Of a stretch of 64,000 bases of DNA, positions 45,178-64,000 are shown in pieces. The translations under genes and the position numbers were made by a program. Below the pieces are notes generated by a model. That model was not told the origin of the DNA. It saw nothing but the letters and a program-made list of their open reading frames with translations, and ran no database searches. Numbering within the stretch: position 1 is the stretch's first letter; every line of letters begins with the position of its first letter. The stretch lies in assembly GCF_009914755.1 (NCBI RefSeq), contig NC_060936.1; one strand, 5' to 3'. The stretch comes from the human T2T-CHM13v2.0 reference genome, Homo sapiens.

Positions 45178-45304
45178 AAAGCCACAAAAAAAACTGATAA
45201 ACCCAGACAAGAAGATAAAGATGATCTAGATGTAACAGAGCTCACTAATGAAGATCTTTTGGATCAGCTTGTGAAATACGGAGTGAATCCTGGTCCTATT
45301 GTGG
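45178..45304 (+). CDS. TMPO: TMPO exon 2 (N-terminal part of the LEM domain)
   Basis: tttacag|AAA; KATKKTDKPRQEDKDDLDVTELTNEDLLDQLVKYGVNPGPIV; G|gtaagt; 127 nt. Confidence 0.98.
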
Positions 45305-45543
45305 GTAAGTTGATAAAATTTCAAATACAGTATCTTTTCTCTGAAGCAGGACCCCAAATTATTTTCTCCTTTTTGTTTAGCAGTTTAGGTTCCAAGGACT
45401 GGTTTGTCATTAATCATTTGTTATCAGCAGAACCTGTGTTTCTTTGACTGTAAATGAGTGAAATAAAATGAGAGGATTGAATTAGATAATCTCCAAAATT
45501 ACCTCTATTGTTGAGATTGTTTTATATGGTGCTTATATCGTAC

Positions 45544-48828
<3,285 letters not shown>

Positions 48829-48973
48829 GCATTATATGGTATTTTTTTTTTTAAGAACTTGAGTTTAGAAAAATAAAGGGTGAAAATAGCTTAAAATGTT
48901 GCTGAAGATAGTGTCTGAGCTGCATCCTAAATGAAACAATACAGGTACTAAAGCAAGTTCTGCCTTAATCCAG

Positions 48974-49132
48974 GAACAACCAGGAAGCTATATGAGAAAA
49001 AGCTTTTGAAACTGAGGGAACAAGGAACAGAATCAAGATCTTCTACTCCTCTGCCAACAATTTCTTCTTCAGCAGAAAATACAAGGCAGAATGGAAGTAA
49101 TGATTCTGACAGATACAGTGACAATGAAGAAG
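48974..49132 (+). CDS. TMPO: TMPO exon 3 (rest of the LEM domain and end of the common region)
   Basis: ccag|GA; (G)TTRKLYEKKLLKLREQGTESRSSTPLPTISSSAENTRQNGSNDSDRYSDNEE; AAG|gtaaaa; 159 nt; phases match exons 2, 4 and 5. Confidence 0.98.
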
Positions 49133-50110
49133 GTAAAATTTTAAATGATGTTAATCAAATGTATGTAATTTTTTCACACTCAAAATTCAGTGACCATGAA
49201 GAAAGTAAAATTTAAAACAATATTGGCAAGATACACAAATTTTATTCGTGTCATTAGAGTAATTCTGTAATTTGATTTAAATACTTTTTATTGAAAATTC
49301 TAAGAAGCAACATAGTACAAATTCATAATTTTCCATCACCTGAAATTGCAAGTTAACTTTGTCTTTTTTGCTACAAATCTCATTTTTCTGAGAGAATAAA
49401 GTATTACAAGTAAAGGCAAAGTTTCTCGTACTTACCTGTACCTATCACCTCCACAGAAGTAACTACTATTATTAATTCAATGCCTGTCTTTCAAGTTTTA
49501 TATTTCACATACACATCTGTCTAATACATGGTATTATTTTATACTTTAAGAATAAAAAATTTATATAAACAGTATGCTAAATCTTATCACTTGCTTTTTC
49601 TTACTCCATTATTTTTGAAATCTAATCCTGTTAATTACATATCTGTTTATTCTTCATAATTAATACATAGTGGTAGCATTTAAATATGGCATATTTTCTC
49701 TGTTCTCTATTGATAGGCATTTAAATTGTTCGCAGTTTTTGTTAATCTGACCTCAGGGCAACTTTAAAGCAAATATTTTGACTTTAGTAGACTGTATAGT
49801 ATCTTAAAATTTGATCATGATGTTTAAATATTTTTTAAGGATAGTATGTGAAATAAATGTCCTTTAAAAATTATAAATACAACTTGATTTTTGTAAACTT
49901 TTAATTAATATGACTTGTGATTATTTATTTTGATCCAGATTGTTTATATCTCAATAAGCTTTGTCTACCAGGGCAAATCTGGCAGATTAGTTCAGAATAT
50001 GAAATTATAGTCTTTTCCTTTGACAGCACTATTTTTAGCAAAGAGGCAAAGAATAAAATCAGCTCAAACACAGGTAATGCTTAAACTTCCTGCCTCTTTT
50101 GCCTCTACAG

Positions 50111-51630
50111 GAAAGAAGAAAGAACACAAGAAAGTGAAGTCCACTAGGGATATTGTTCCTTTTTCTGAACTTGGAACTACTCCCTCTGGTGGTGGATTTT
50201 TTCAGGGTATTTCTTTTCCTGAAATCTCCACCCGTCCTCCTTTGGGCAGTACCGAACTACAGGCAGCTAAGAAAGTACATACTTCTAAGGGAGACCTACC
50301 TAGGGAGCCTCTTGTTGCCACAAACTTGCCTGGCAGGGGACAGTTGCAGAAGTTAGCCTCTGAAAGGAATTTGTTTATTTCATGCAAGTCTAGCCATGAT
50401 AGGTGTTTAGAGAAAAGTTCTTCGTCATCTTCTCAGCCTGAACACAGTGCCATGTTGGTCTCTACTGCAGCTTCTCCTTCACTGATTAAAGAAACCACCA
50501 CTGGTTACTATAAAGACATAGTAGAAAATATTTGCGGTAGAGAGAAAAGTGGAATTCAACCATTATGTCCTGAGAGGTCCCATATTTCAGATCAATCGCC
50601 TCTCTCCAGTAAAAGGAAAGCACTAGAAGAGTCTGAGAGCTCACAACTAATTTCTCCGCCACTTGCCCAGGCAATCAGAGATTATGTCAATTCTCTGTTG
50701 GTCCAGGGTGGGGTAGGTAGTTTGCCTGGAACTTCTAACTCTATGCCCCCACTGGATGTAGAAAACATACAGAAGAGAATTGATCAGTCTAAGTTTCAAG
50801 AAACTGAATTCCTGTCTCCTCCAAGAAAAGTCCCTAGACTGAGTGAGAAGTCAGTGGAGGAAAGGGATTCAGGTTCCTTTGTGGCATTTCAGAACATACC
50901 TGGATCCGAACTGATGTCTTCTTTTGCCAAAACTGTTGTCTCTCATTCACTCACTACCTTAGGTCTAGAAGTGGCTAAGCAATCACAGCATGATAAAATA
51001 GATGCCTCAGAACTATCTTTTCCCTTCCATGAATCTATTTTAAAAGTAATTGAAGAAGAATGGCAGCAAGTTGACAGGCAGCTGCCTTCACTGGCATGCA
51101 AATATCCAGTTTCTTCCAGGGAGGCAACACAGATATTATCAGTTCCAAAAGTAGATGATGAAATCCTAGGGTTTATTTCTGAAGCCACTCCACTAGGAGG
51201 TATTCAAGCAGCCTCCACTGAGTCTTGCAATCAGCAGTTGGACTTAGCACTCTGTAGAGCATATGAAGCTGCAGCATCAGCATTGCAGATTGCAACTCAC
51301 ACTGCCTTTGTAGCTAAGGCTATGCAGGCAGACATTAGTCAAGCTGCACAGATTCTTAGCTCAGATCCTAGTCGTACCCACCAAGCGCTTGGGATTCTGA
51401 GCAAAACATATGATGCAGCCTCATATATTTGTGAAGCTGCATTTGATGAAGTGAAGATGGCTGCCCATACCATGGGAAATGCCACTGTAGGTCGTCGATA
51501 CCTCTGGCTGAAGGATTGCAAAATTAATTTAGCTTCTAAGAATAAGCTGGCTTCCACTCCCTTTAAAGGTGGAACATTATTTGGAGGAGAAGTATGCAAA
51601 GTAATTAAAAAGCGTGGAAATAAACACTAG
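50111..51630 (+). CDS. TMPO: TMPO exon 4, LAP2alpha-specific terminal exon (completes the 694-aa nucleoplasmic isoform)
   Basis: ctctacag|GA; (G)KKKEHKKVKSTRD..RRYLWLKDCK..PFKGGTLFGGEVCKVIKKRGNKH*. 279+127+159+1520 = 2085 nt = 694 aa + stop. Confidence 0.98.
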
Positions 51631-52896
51631 TAAAATTAAGGACAAAAAGACATCTATCTTATCTTTCAGGTACTTTATGCCAACATTTTCTTTTCTGTTA
51701 AGGTTGTTTTAGTTTCCAGATAGGGCTAATTACAAAATGTTAAGCTTCTACCCATCAAATTACAGTATAAAAGTAATTGCCTGTGTAGAACTACTTGTCT
51801 TTTCTAAAGATTTGCGTAGATAGGAAGCCTGGTACAAACAATTTAACGCTTTCTAGATCACATATTAGTCTCTAAGTTGTTTTCTGTTTCCTGCTTTACT
51901 TATGTTTTTACAATTCTCCAAAACTAAGAAAATTCTAATTAGGATATAAGGAGTATTTACTGTTCAATAGAATAATATGCATCCTCCTTTATACCTAGGA
52001 CAGAATTAAACATTTGTTACACATTCAGAACAGTGATGTTGTTCTTTTTGATACTTTTATCTCAGTATCTTTTCACGTTCCATAACTTGTCCATATTTTT
52101 GCTCATATTTTCTTACTTTTCTTTGTTATTTATTCATGTCTGCAACATCAATCATGGTAGTCTAGATCAATGCAACTCAAAGCACCAGTCTACAAACTGT
52201 TACTTATCCACAGGCAAGATAAGCATGCACAAGAATTTAAATCTAGAGATACTTTTTAGGTCAATGACAGGATTTGATTTTTTAGCAAAATTTTATTAAT
52301 AGCTAAAGCAATGTATTGATTTACACTCTGATGCAAGTAATTTATCTCTTCATTGACTGGTAGCAACCAATTCATGGACCAGTACCATGGACCACACTTT
52401 GAGAAACACTTCTTTGGATAATAATAGATATCCTGGGATAGTGCATGTTCACCATCTATTTTGTCAGATAATGGGGCCTTTTAAAAAATAATACTTTGCT
52501 TTCATGATATATTGTATTTTGTGGAAAGTTAAGTTTAGCAATATAGACTCTAAAAGCAAATTAAATTTTTTTAAGCCATAAGAAATTATACTATATCCCA
52601 GTATCTGTATGTCTGTATAAAGCAGTGTATTATCATGTTTTCATTTCTGTGATTGTAAGTTAAGAGTCTTAACTGCAGAGGTATTGTGGAAAGTAGTAGC
52701 CTTAAGCATAATAAAATATGGTCTCTTGGGTACTCCCTCTGGCCATTACCACATTCTTAGATTATATGTGTCCATCTTTGCAGCTTTCTGAGAGTAATTT
52801 TATTTGTTGTCTTCTGAAATGTACATGTATACATGTACCTACTGAGTGCTATGTGATTTTTAAAAATGTATTACTGTAGAATGCTTCTGCAAATTC

Positions 52897-52930
52897 AATA
52901 AAGTTGTTAAATTTGAACAGTGTTGTGTGG
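52897..52930 (+). terminator. Poly(A) signal of the LAP2alpha mRNA
   Basis: AATAAA at 52897-52902, five upstream TGTA motifs and a downstream GT-rich element TGTTGTGTGG at 52921-52930. Confidence 0.8.
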
Positions 52931-53645
52931 TCTCCAGAAACATGTTGTTCTGTGTGCTTTATTCTTGGAGTTGCAACAAGTTAAATATTTGTATATGAAC
53001 ACCCCTTTTCCATTTCATCATTGAAACTCACTTTGACATTTCAGTGGTATAATTGAAAATATTCTGATTATGGTATGGTTTTTCTTCTGTTTGAGGACCA
53101 TGTTTTTATTGACTGTTGGAATCTAAATTTATAAGAGGAATTAATCTGTAACCAGATACCTTATTCGTTTAACCGATTTCTATTCCACTACTAATGGTTT
53201 TTTTTACTTTGTGCTTTCTAGTTCTTAGATTCTGAGTTAACAAAGCATAAAATAGATTTTATATTGCTGGGGGTTGTACCAAACATAGATACATTGACAG
53301 ATCCATTGATAGAAGTGTTGGGAGATGGACTTGAAATCTTAGTCCTAAATAAAGACTGAACTGTTTAAACTAACTTGATAAAAATCACTGTTCGTTTTTG
53401 GGAACCTGCAAGTATTAAATAGATTCTGTACTAACTAGTATTAACACTGGAAAGTTAGCAAGACACATATAGATGTCTTGACCACTTTTTCACACAAGTT
53501 CAGAGTTCATGTAAAACTTTAGAATTGACTTCCTTTCTGTCTCTTCAGTAAGAAAGTAATCTAACTTAAATTTTTGGTAGTAGAAGTTTTAGAAATAACA
53601 ACTGACTAATTTTGCTATACCATGATAAATGTCTACAAAAAGGGA

Positions 53646-53972
<327 letters not shown>

Positions 53973-54762
53973 TAGATCTTCAAATGATGATGAATTTAAG
54001 ACTAGGAGACTGGAATATTGAAGCCTATTAAAAAATACATATCCTTGCGTTGTTAGGTTAATAACTATCATGGTGACAAGTGTATAAGTATTGGCTTCTT
54101 TTCAAAGAAATGTTATTTTTATTATAAGGACTGGGACGAGAAGTGACCTGTGATTGGTCGTATTTTTCTGTGAACAAGATTCCTTCTTTACCTGAGTTGT
54201 ACCTAGGTTTTTTATAACTACATCAAAAAAGCTTTTATATTGTACTTATTAATGTTATGGCAGTTACTTATAGAAGCTTGGTACTATATGGATTTTTTTC
54301 ATTTTTAAACTTTCCCTTATATGTTCCAAATTTTAATTTAGTAAGTCAACCTTTGCTGTACAGTAGTAGTATACTGTATGGACAAAACAATGGTAACAAT
54401 TGTGTTATTTTAAATGGCCTTTTTCCACATCTAAATTGTTCTTACTGAAAAGCTTTCGTGGGAGCATTTTGAATTCACTTCATGTTCAAAGCTATGAGTC
54501 CCAGATAAAGGAAAGGAGAATAGGTAGGAAGAAGTGGTTGTCAGATGAAAGGGTAAGGGAGATAAGCAAAAATGGGATAAATAATGAAACAGTTTTCAAG
54601 ACAAATTGCAGTTAAACAATTTTGGACTAGTGAGGTATTACCAGTAGACTTGTTTTTCACCTTTTAATGTGCCTAAAACCAGGGTTCCCGATTAATATTA
54701 GGATAACATCATCATTTATTGAGTGTTTCAGAGAGTAATGGTTTCTCCAATGTTATTTCCAG

Positions 54763-54860
54763 ACTCTAAAATAGAGCTCAAGCTTGAGAAGAGAGAACCA
54801 CTAAAGGGCAGAGCAAAGACTCCAGTAACACTCAAGCAAAGAAGAGTTGAGCACAATCAG
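54763..54860 (+). CDS. TMPO: TMPO exon 5 (LAP2 beta/gamma/delta/epsilon/zeta)
   Basis: tttccag|AC; (D)SKIELKLEKREPLKGRAKTPVTLKQRRVEHNQ; CAG|gtatct; 98 nt. Confidence 0.97.
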
Positions 54861-54944
54861 GTATCTTTAGTTTTATTACCACCGTGTACAGGTATAAATA
54901 ACCTCCTGACAACACTAATCCATGTTTTAGCCTTTAATGGTTGA
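54861..54944 (+). CDS. TMPO: LAP2zeta-specific C-terminus (in-frame read-through into intron 5; 248-aa isoform)
   Basis: VSLVLLPPCTGINNLLTTLIHVLAFNG* in frame with exon 5; AATAAA at 54966-54971. Confidence 0.8.
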   Translation, partial: VSLVLLPPCTGINNLLTTLIHVLAFNG

Positions 54945-55423
54945 CACCCAGATTCCAGCACGCTCAATAAACTTAATTCTGTTGTTAAATGATACTAAAA
55001 ATCTAAACTTTGTGGGTTTTGTCAGTAGTGTAGCCTGTGATTACAGCAAAAGCAAATTTTTAATGTCTCATTTGTGTTTGAGTCTGTGCTAGATGTAGTT
55101 CAAAGCCAGTTATATGGTGTTTTGAAAGAAATATTTTAAAAGGTGGAAATATCTAGACACTTTTGATACAATTTCTTTAAAAGGCAATGGAAGGGTTTTA
55201 TATTTGTGTCTTTGTCTCTAGATTTCTGACTTTGATTTTATGTTTGCCTGTCTTGTCTTCTGCGATTCTTTCCTAAACTCAGAAGCTAGTCTGGTCCTAA
55301 GACTACAGTTTTCTTTCCTTATTTCAGATGAAAATTTACCTTTTCTATTGTGGGAGAGGCGTTTCAGTTTTTCAAAAGGGAAATGTAGGAAACTAAGGAG
55401 AAAATAAGCATAGGTATAAATGA

Positions 55424-55518
55424 ACAGAGAACAAATTATTGACTAACCTAGTATTGTTTACAGAGAACAAATTATTGACTAACCTAGTATTGTTTACAGA
55501 GAACAAATTATTGACTAA
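55424..55518 (+). repeat. Perfect 36-bp tandem repeat, about 2.6 copies
   Basis: Unit ACAGAGAACAAATTATTGACTAACCTAGTATTGTTT starts at 55424, 55460 and (partial) 55496. Confidence 0.95.
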
Positions 55519-55657
55519 TGCAGCATTGATTTGGCTGATGCTTTATAAGACAGCTATTCCTAGAGTCATTTTCCTTACCCCTGCTATGTCTAGCTGGATG
55601 ATTTGTCTAGTTGGTTATCTTTTCCATCTCCTATTTGTCACTTTGTGTGTTTGTTTG

Positions 55658-60170
<4,513 letters not shown>

Positions 60171-61521
60171 ATTAAAAAGCAGTTACTCTGTGTATGTCTG
60201 TAATTTGTTTACAAGTTTCTCTTTTGACAATAATTTTGCATTCAGCAAATACTTCCTAATTGATAGGATGAGGAACCCAGAGATTCAGATTGTGACTTAA
60301 AACTCTTATAATATCAATTCCAAATATAGATAAATACAAAACCATGATTTATGAGACTATGTCTGTAACTTGTGGGGTTTTGGTAGTATTACATCCAGCC
60401 ATTTAGGCATATTTATTGGATGACCACTCCTGTCACAGGATTAAAGTTTAAAAAAAAAATCTGTCTTTAATAGACATTGACTTGGACATAAAACCATCAG
60501 TAATCTAGGTTAAATATTGGCGTGAAAGCAAAAGTGACAACAGAAGGACACTCTACTATAATACTGATCATTGATGGATGTTCTGTAGTTAAAAGAATTT
60601 AAAAGAATCATCTGGTAATAGCGACTTCAAAACTGAAAACCTTAAACTACTTGGAATGCGGAATTTCGGGCCCTACAGCTACAGAATCAGAATCTGCATT
60701 TAACAGAAGCTTCAAGTGATTGATAGGCACATTACAATTTAAGAAGAACTGATCTAATGGGTTTTAAACCAGTATGTAAGAAATGCTGGATTCTTTAAAA
60801 ATGATCAGTGGAACATAGAAATTAATCTGAGACTGAGAATTAATCTGAGGCAGCTGTTTTCTGTCTTTCTGTAGTGACATGGATAGCATTGAGATTTGAA
60901 AGTGACGTTAGGCTTGCATATTCATTAAAGAGTGACCACAGGGTTTTTGTGGCTACCTAATTTTGTATCTGTTTCCAAGAAAAATTTGACACCTGAGAAT
61001 TTTTTAGTTCAAATAAGCTATATGTGGGATTATAATTTAAACTGATTCTACTAAAATGATTATAACCATATGAAAATAATAATGTTTATGCTAACAATTA
61101 CAAAAGTTTGTATTTTTGTTTTAAAAGGAAACTGACTTATAATAGATGACTTTTTTCTAAGTCATGATCAGTCTGCTTTTTGTTTAGACAGAGATGTAGC
61201 TCCAATACTAGAGCCAAATAGCACACAGTGAGTCAAAAAGGGAACTGGTGATAGTTGATGTGCTTTTTTTCCCATAATGTTTATAATTTGTGAGCTACTA
61301 TAGGTGGATTCTTTAGTGTATTTTAGCACTTTTTAAGTGTTTCCTGATGCCTAAATATCAGTTCAATTAATACATTTAGGAATATTTTGAGGACATAGCC
61401 TTGTTTGTAAATGCTGGCATTTGGAGACTTCTATTTCATGGCTTCTCAGTGTGCCAGTATGGCCGTTATTAAAGTATTTGATGTTAGAATATGACTTTTT
61501 AATGTGTTGATGCTTGAATAG

Positions 61522-61641
61522 AGCTATTCTCAAGCTGGAATAACTGAGACTGAATGGACAAGTGGATCTTCAAAAGGCGGACCTCTGCAGGCATTAACTA
61601 GGGAATCTACAAGAGGGTCAAGAAGAACTCCAAGGAAAAGG
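61522..61641 (+). CDS. TMPO: TMPO exon 6 (cassette, 120 nt, phase 0-0)
   Basis: aatag|AGC; SYSQAGITETEWTSGSSKGGPLQALTRESTRGSRRTPRKR; AGG|gtgatg. Confidence 0.96.
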
Positions 61642-61733
61642 GTGATGCAAGGCTTATTCCTTGGGTTTTCAGATTTGTAGGGTTTTAGTATTATTTTATA
61701 TTTATTGTTTTTGTTTTGTTTTCAAACTAACAG

Positions 61734-61829
61734 GTGGAAACTTCAGAACATTTTCGTATAGATGGTCCAGTAATTTCAGAGAGTACTCCCATAGCTGAAA
61801 CTATAATGGCTTCAAGCAACGAATCCTTA
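61734..61829 (+). CDS. TMPO: TMPO exon 7 (cassette, 96 nt, phase 0-0)
   Basis: aacag|GTG; VETSEHFRIDGPVISESTPIAETIMASSNESL; TTA|gtaaat. Confidence 0.96.
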
Positions 61830-62243
61830 GTAAATATGTTTCATAAACTATACAAGTGGTATTCTTTGTAAATTACCCTTTAATTGGAAATGGGGAGGTG
61901 GTGAATTTTGGCAAATCTCAAATTTACATGTTTTTTTTTTTTTAACAATTTTAAACTGATTTTCCCCATATAGTTCTGAATTTTAGAATTTTCCTATAAT
62001 ATCCAATTTATGTAAAGAAATCTAATTCATTGTACAAGAAAGTATAAGGATATTTTTTGTTAAAATATTTGAAGAATGAGGCTTCATATGTGAGGCACTA
62101 AGTTGTGTTTGTAGGCTGTGTTGCTTAAATCTTTACTAAGGGAAAATTTCTAATATTACAGAGATAAAATATCTTTCTTTTCTTTTTAAGTGTCTGTGTT
62201 ATGTTTGGATAATTCTGAGTCTGAATAATTTGAATCTTGGCAG

Positions 62244-62354
62244 GTTGTCAATAGGGTGACTGGAAATTTCAAGCATGCATCTCCTATTCTGCCAATCACT
62301 GAATTCTCAGACATACCCAGAAGAGCACCAAAGAAACCATTGACAAGAGCTGAA
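62244..62354 (+). CDS. TMPO: TMPO exon 8 (cassette, 111 nt, phase 0-0)
   Basis: ggcag|GTT; VVNRVTGNFKHASPILPITEFSDIPRRAPKKPLTRAE; GAA|gtaaat. Confidence 0.96.
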
Positions 62355-62962
62355 GTAAATGAATACAATTTAGATCGATGCTATCATTGATCTTTCAAAG
62401 AGGAAATATAAATATTTGTTTGTTTTTTTTTTTTTTTTTTTTTGGAGTGGGAGGGAGCAGAGCTTTCTTTATTGGGTGGTGTGTGTAAATATGCATAAAT
62501 TATTTTAAGGACACTTTTATTAGTGAAAACAGAAATTAACTAATATAGTTTGACATGCTAATACTATCCTCTTGCCACTGTATCCCTCTTAAGTTCCAGT
62601 TTTCAAGGGAGTGGTCATTTCTGTTCTGCTTATAATATGTTCTGTTTGTCATGGATGCAAGTTTGAAAGTGCTGCTGGGCTATGAGGGAAGCTACACTTT
62701 CTTTTGTTGACGGGTCAAATAAGAGACTTTAACATAACTTCATGTGGTGCTGGAATGGGTTAACTCCTGTGTAATTAAGCTTGAAAGTACTAACTGCATG
62801 GTGCATTTTAATTTGAATGAATCTTTACAAAAGGAGCCGAAACATTTATTATTTTGTTCTGGACATAAAGGTAAACAGTAAAACAAGCTAAACATTATAT
62901 TTTTTTTAATTTGGGCATATTGCATTGACTATAATTTTAAAACATATAGTAAAGTTTGCTAA

Positions 62963-63328
<366 letters not shown>

Positions 63329-63654
63329 CAACAATATACTCTTAATAGTAAAAAACAAAATCAATGAGGGAATTAGCATTGCCATGTTAGATTACTGAAT
63401 TTTTTCCCCCCAGTTATTTAAATGTGTGGCAGTTTTTCACTCCAATAACCACATATATAAGGTATCTTCAAGAAATTTGAAGAGAGCCTTGGAAGCATGT
63501 GGATACCTAAATAATAATTTAGAAATGGCAGCTGTAAAATCTATGATAGATTTAAAGGCATTTTGTTCTCTAAAACTTACTATTTATGTTTTAATTATTG
63601 CATGTTTACACTAAATTTTAACTTGTGGTTGTTTGTTTGTCTGTTTCTTATTAG

Positions 63655-63743
63655 GTGGGAGAAAAAACAGAGGAAAGAAGAGTAGAAAGGGATATTCTTA
63701 AGGAAATGTTCCCCTATGAAGCATCTACACCAACAGGAATTAG
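63655..63743 (+). CDS. TMPO: TMPO exon 9 (membrane isoforms; the last exon is outside the window)
   Basis: ttattag|GTG; VGEKTEERRVERDILKEMFPYEASTPTGI; AG|gtattc; 89 nt. Confidence 0.97.
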
Positions 63744-64000
63744 GTATTCAGATACATTTAAACAAGTACTAGTGTATTCTAGTAGGGAATCTTTATTTTT
63801 AATTCTTCATCACAAAGTTACTGTACTTCTGCTCAGAATTAAGCTGTTTTTTTGGAGCCAGGTACAATGGTACATGCCTGTAGTCCCAGCTACTCAAGAG
63901 ACTAAGGCAGGTGGATTGCTTAAGCCCAGGAGTTCGAGACCAGTCTGGGCAACATAATGAGACTCTGTCTACCCACCGACTTTTAAATAAATAAGTGAAC

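Noticed and set aside
50020-50110. N-terminal 30 codons of the 536-aa ORF (MTALFLAKRQ..)
   Set aside because: Intronic: TTG start, polypyrimidine tract and AG acceptor at 50109-50110; the real exon starts at 50111.
55424-55518. 36-bp repeat as a possible CRISPR array
   Set aside because: Head-to-tail copies with no spacers, no cas genes, human intron.
61642-61733. 92-nt intron 6 as an in-frame retained intron
   Set aside because: Length is not a multiple of 3 and there is an in-frame TAG after 12 codons; retention would simply truncate or trigger NMD.

Overview
Human (primate) genomic DNA, very Alu-dense (roughly 70 Alu copies or fragments by eye). I recognise it as the TMPO (thymopoietin/LAP2) locus on chr12q23 and its upstream region. 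TMPO runs on + from a CpG-island promoter (~32.4-33.8 kb). Its coding exons are: exon 1 (ATG 33144), exons 2-3, the large LAP2alpha-specific terminal exon (50111-51630; 694-aa isoform complete in the window), and LAP2beta-family exons 5-9. The transmembrane-encoding last exon lies beyond the window. A LAP2zeta read-through tail with its own poly(A) signal follows exon 5. About 12 kb upstream are two intact Pol III genes, tRNA-Asp(GTC) at 20769-20840 and tRNA-Trp(CCA) at 21518-21589, with a Pol II-type CpG promoter between them that points leftward. The rest is Alu, L1, L2, MIR, DNA transposons and several solo ERV/MaLR LTRs, including a nested MER4A > MER41A > Alu stack. Almost all short ORFs in the track are Alu or GC-rich noise. 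Best leads, all untested inference: (1) a candidate spliced 130-aa ORF on the minus strand starting from the inter-tRNA promoter; (2) an inverted Alu pair bracketing TMPO exons 6-8, which would give a 327-nt stop-free circle; (3) an in-frame 72-nt duplicate of the exon 3 donor; (4) a UGUA-rich palindrome at the LAP2alpha intronic poly(A) site; (5) local templated duplications at tail-less Alu ends. Gene and repeat names come from my recall, not from a database search.
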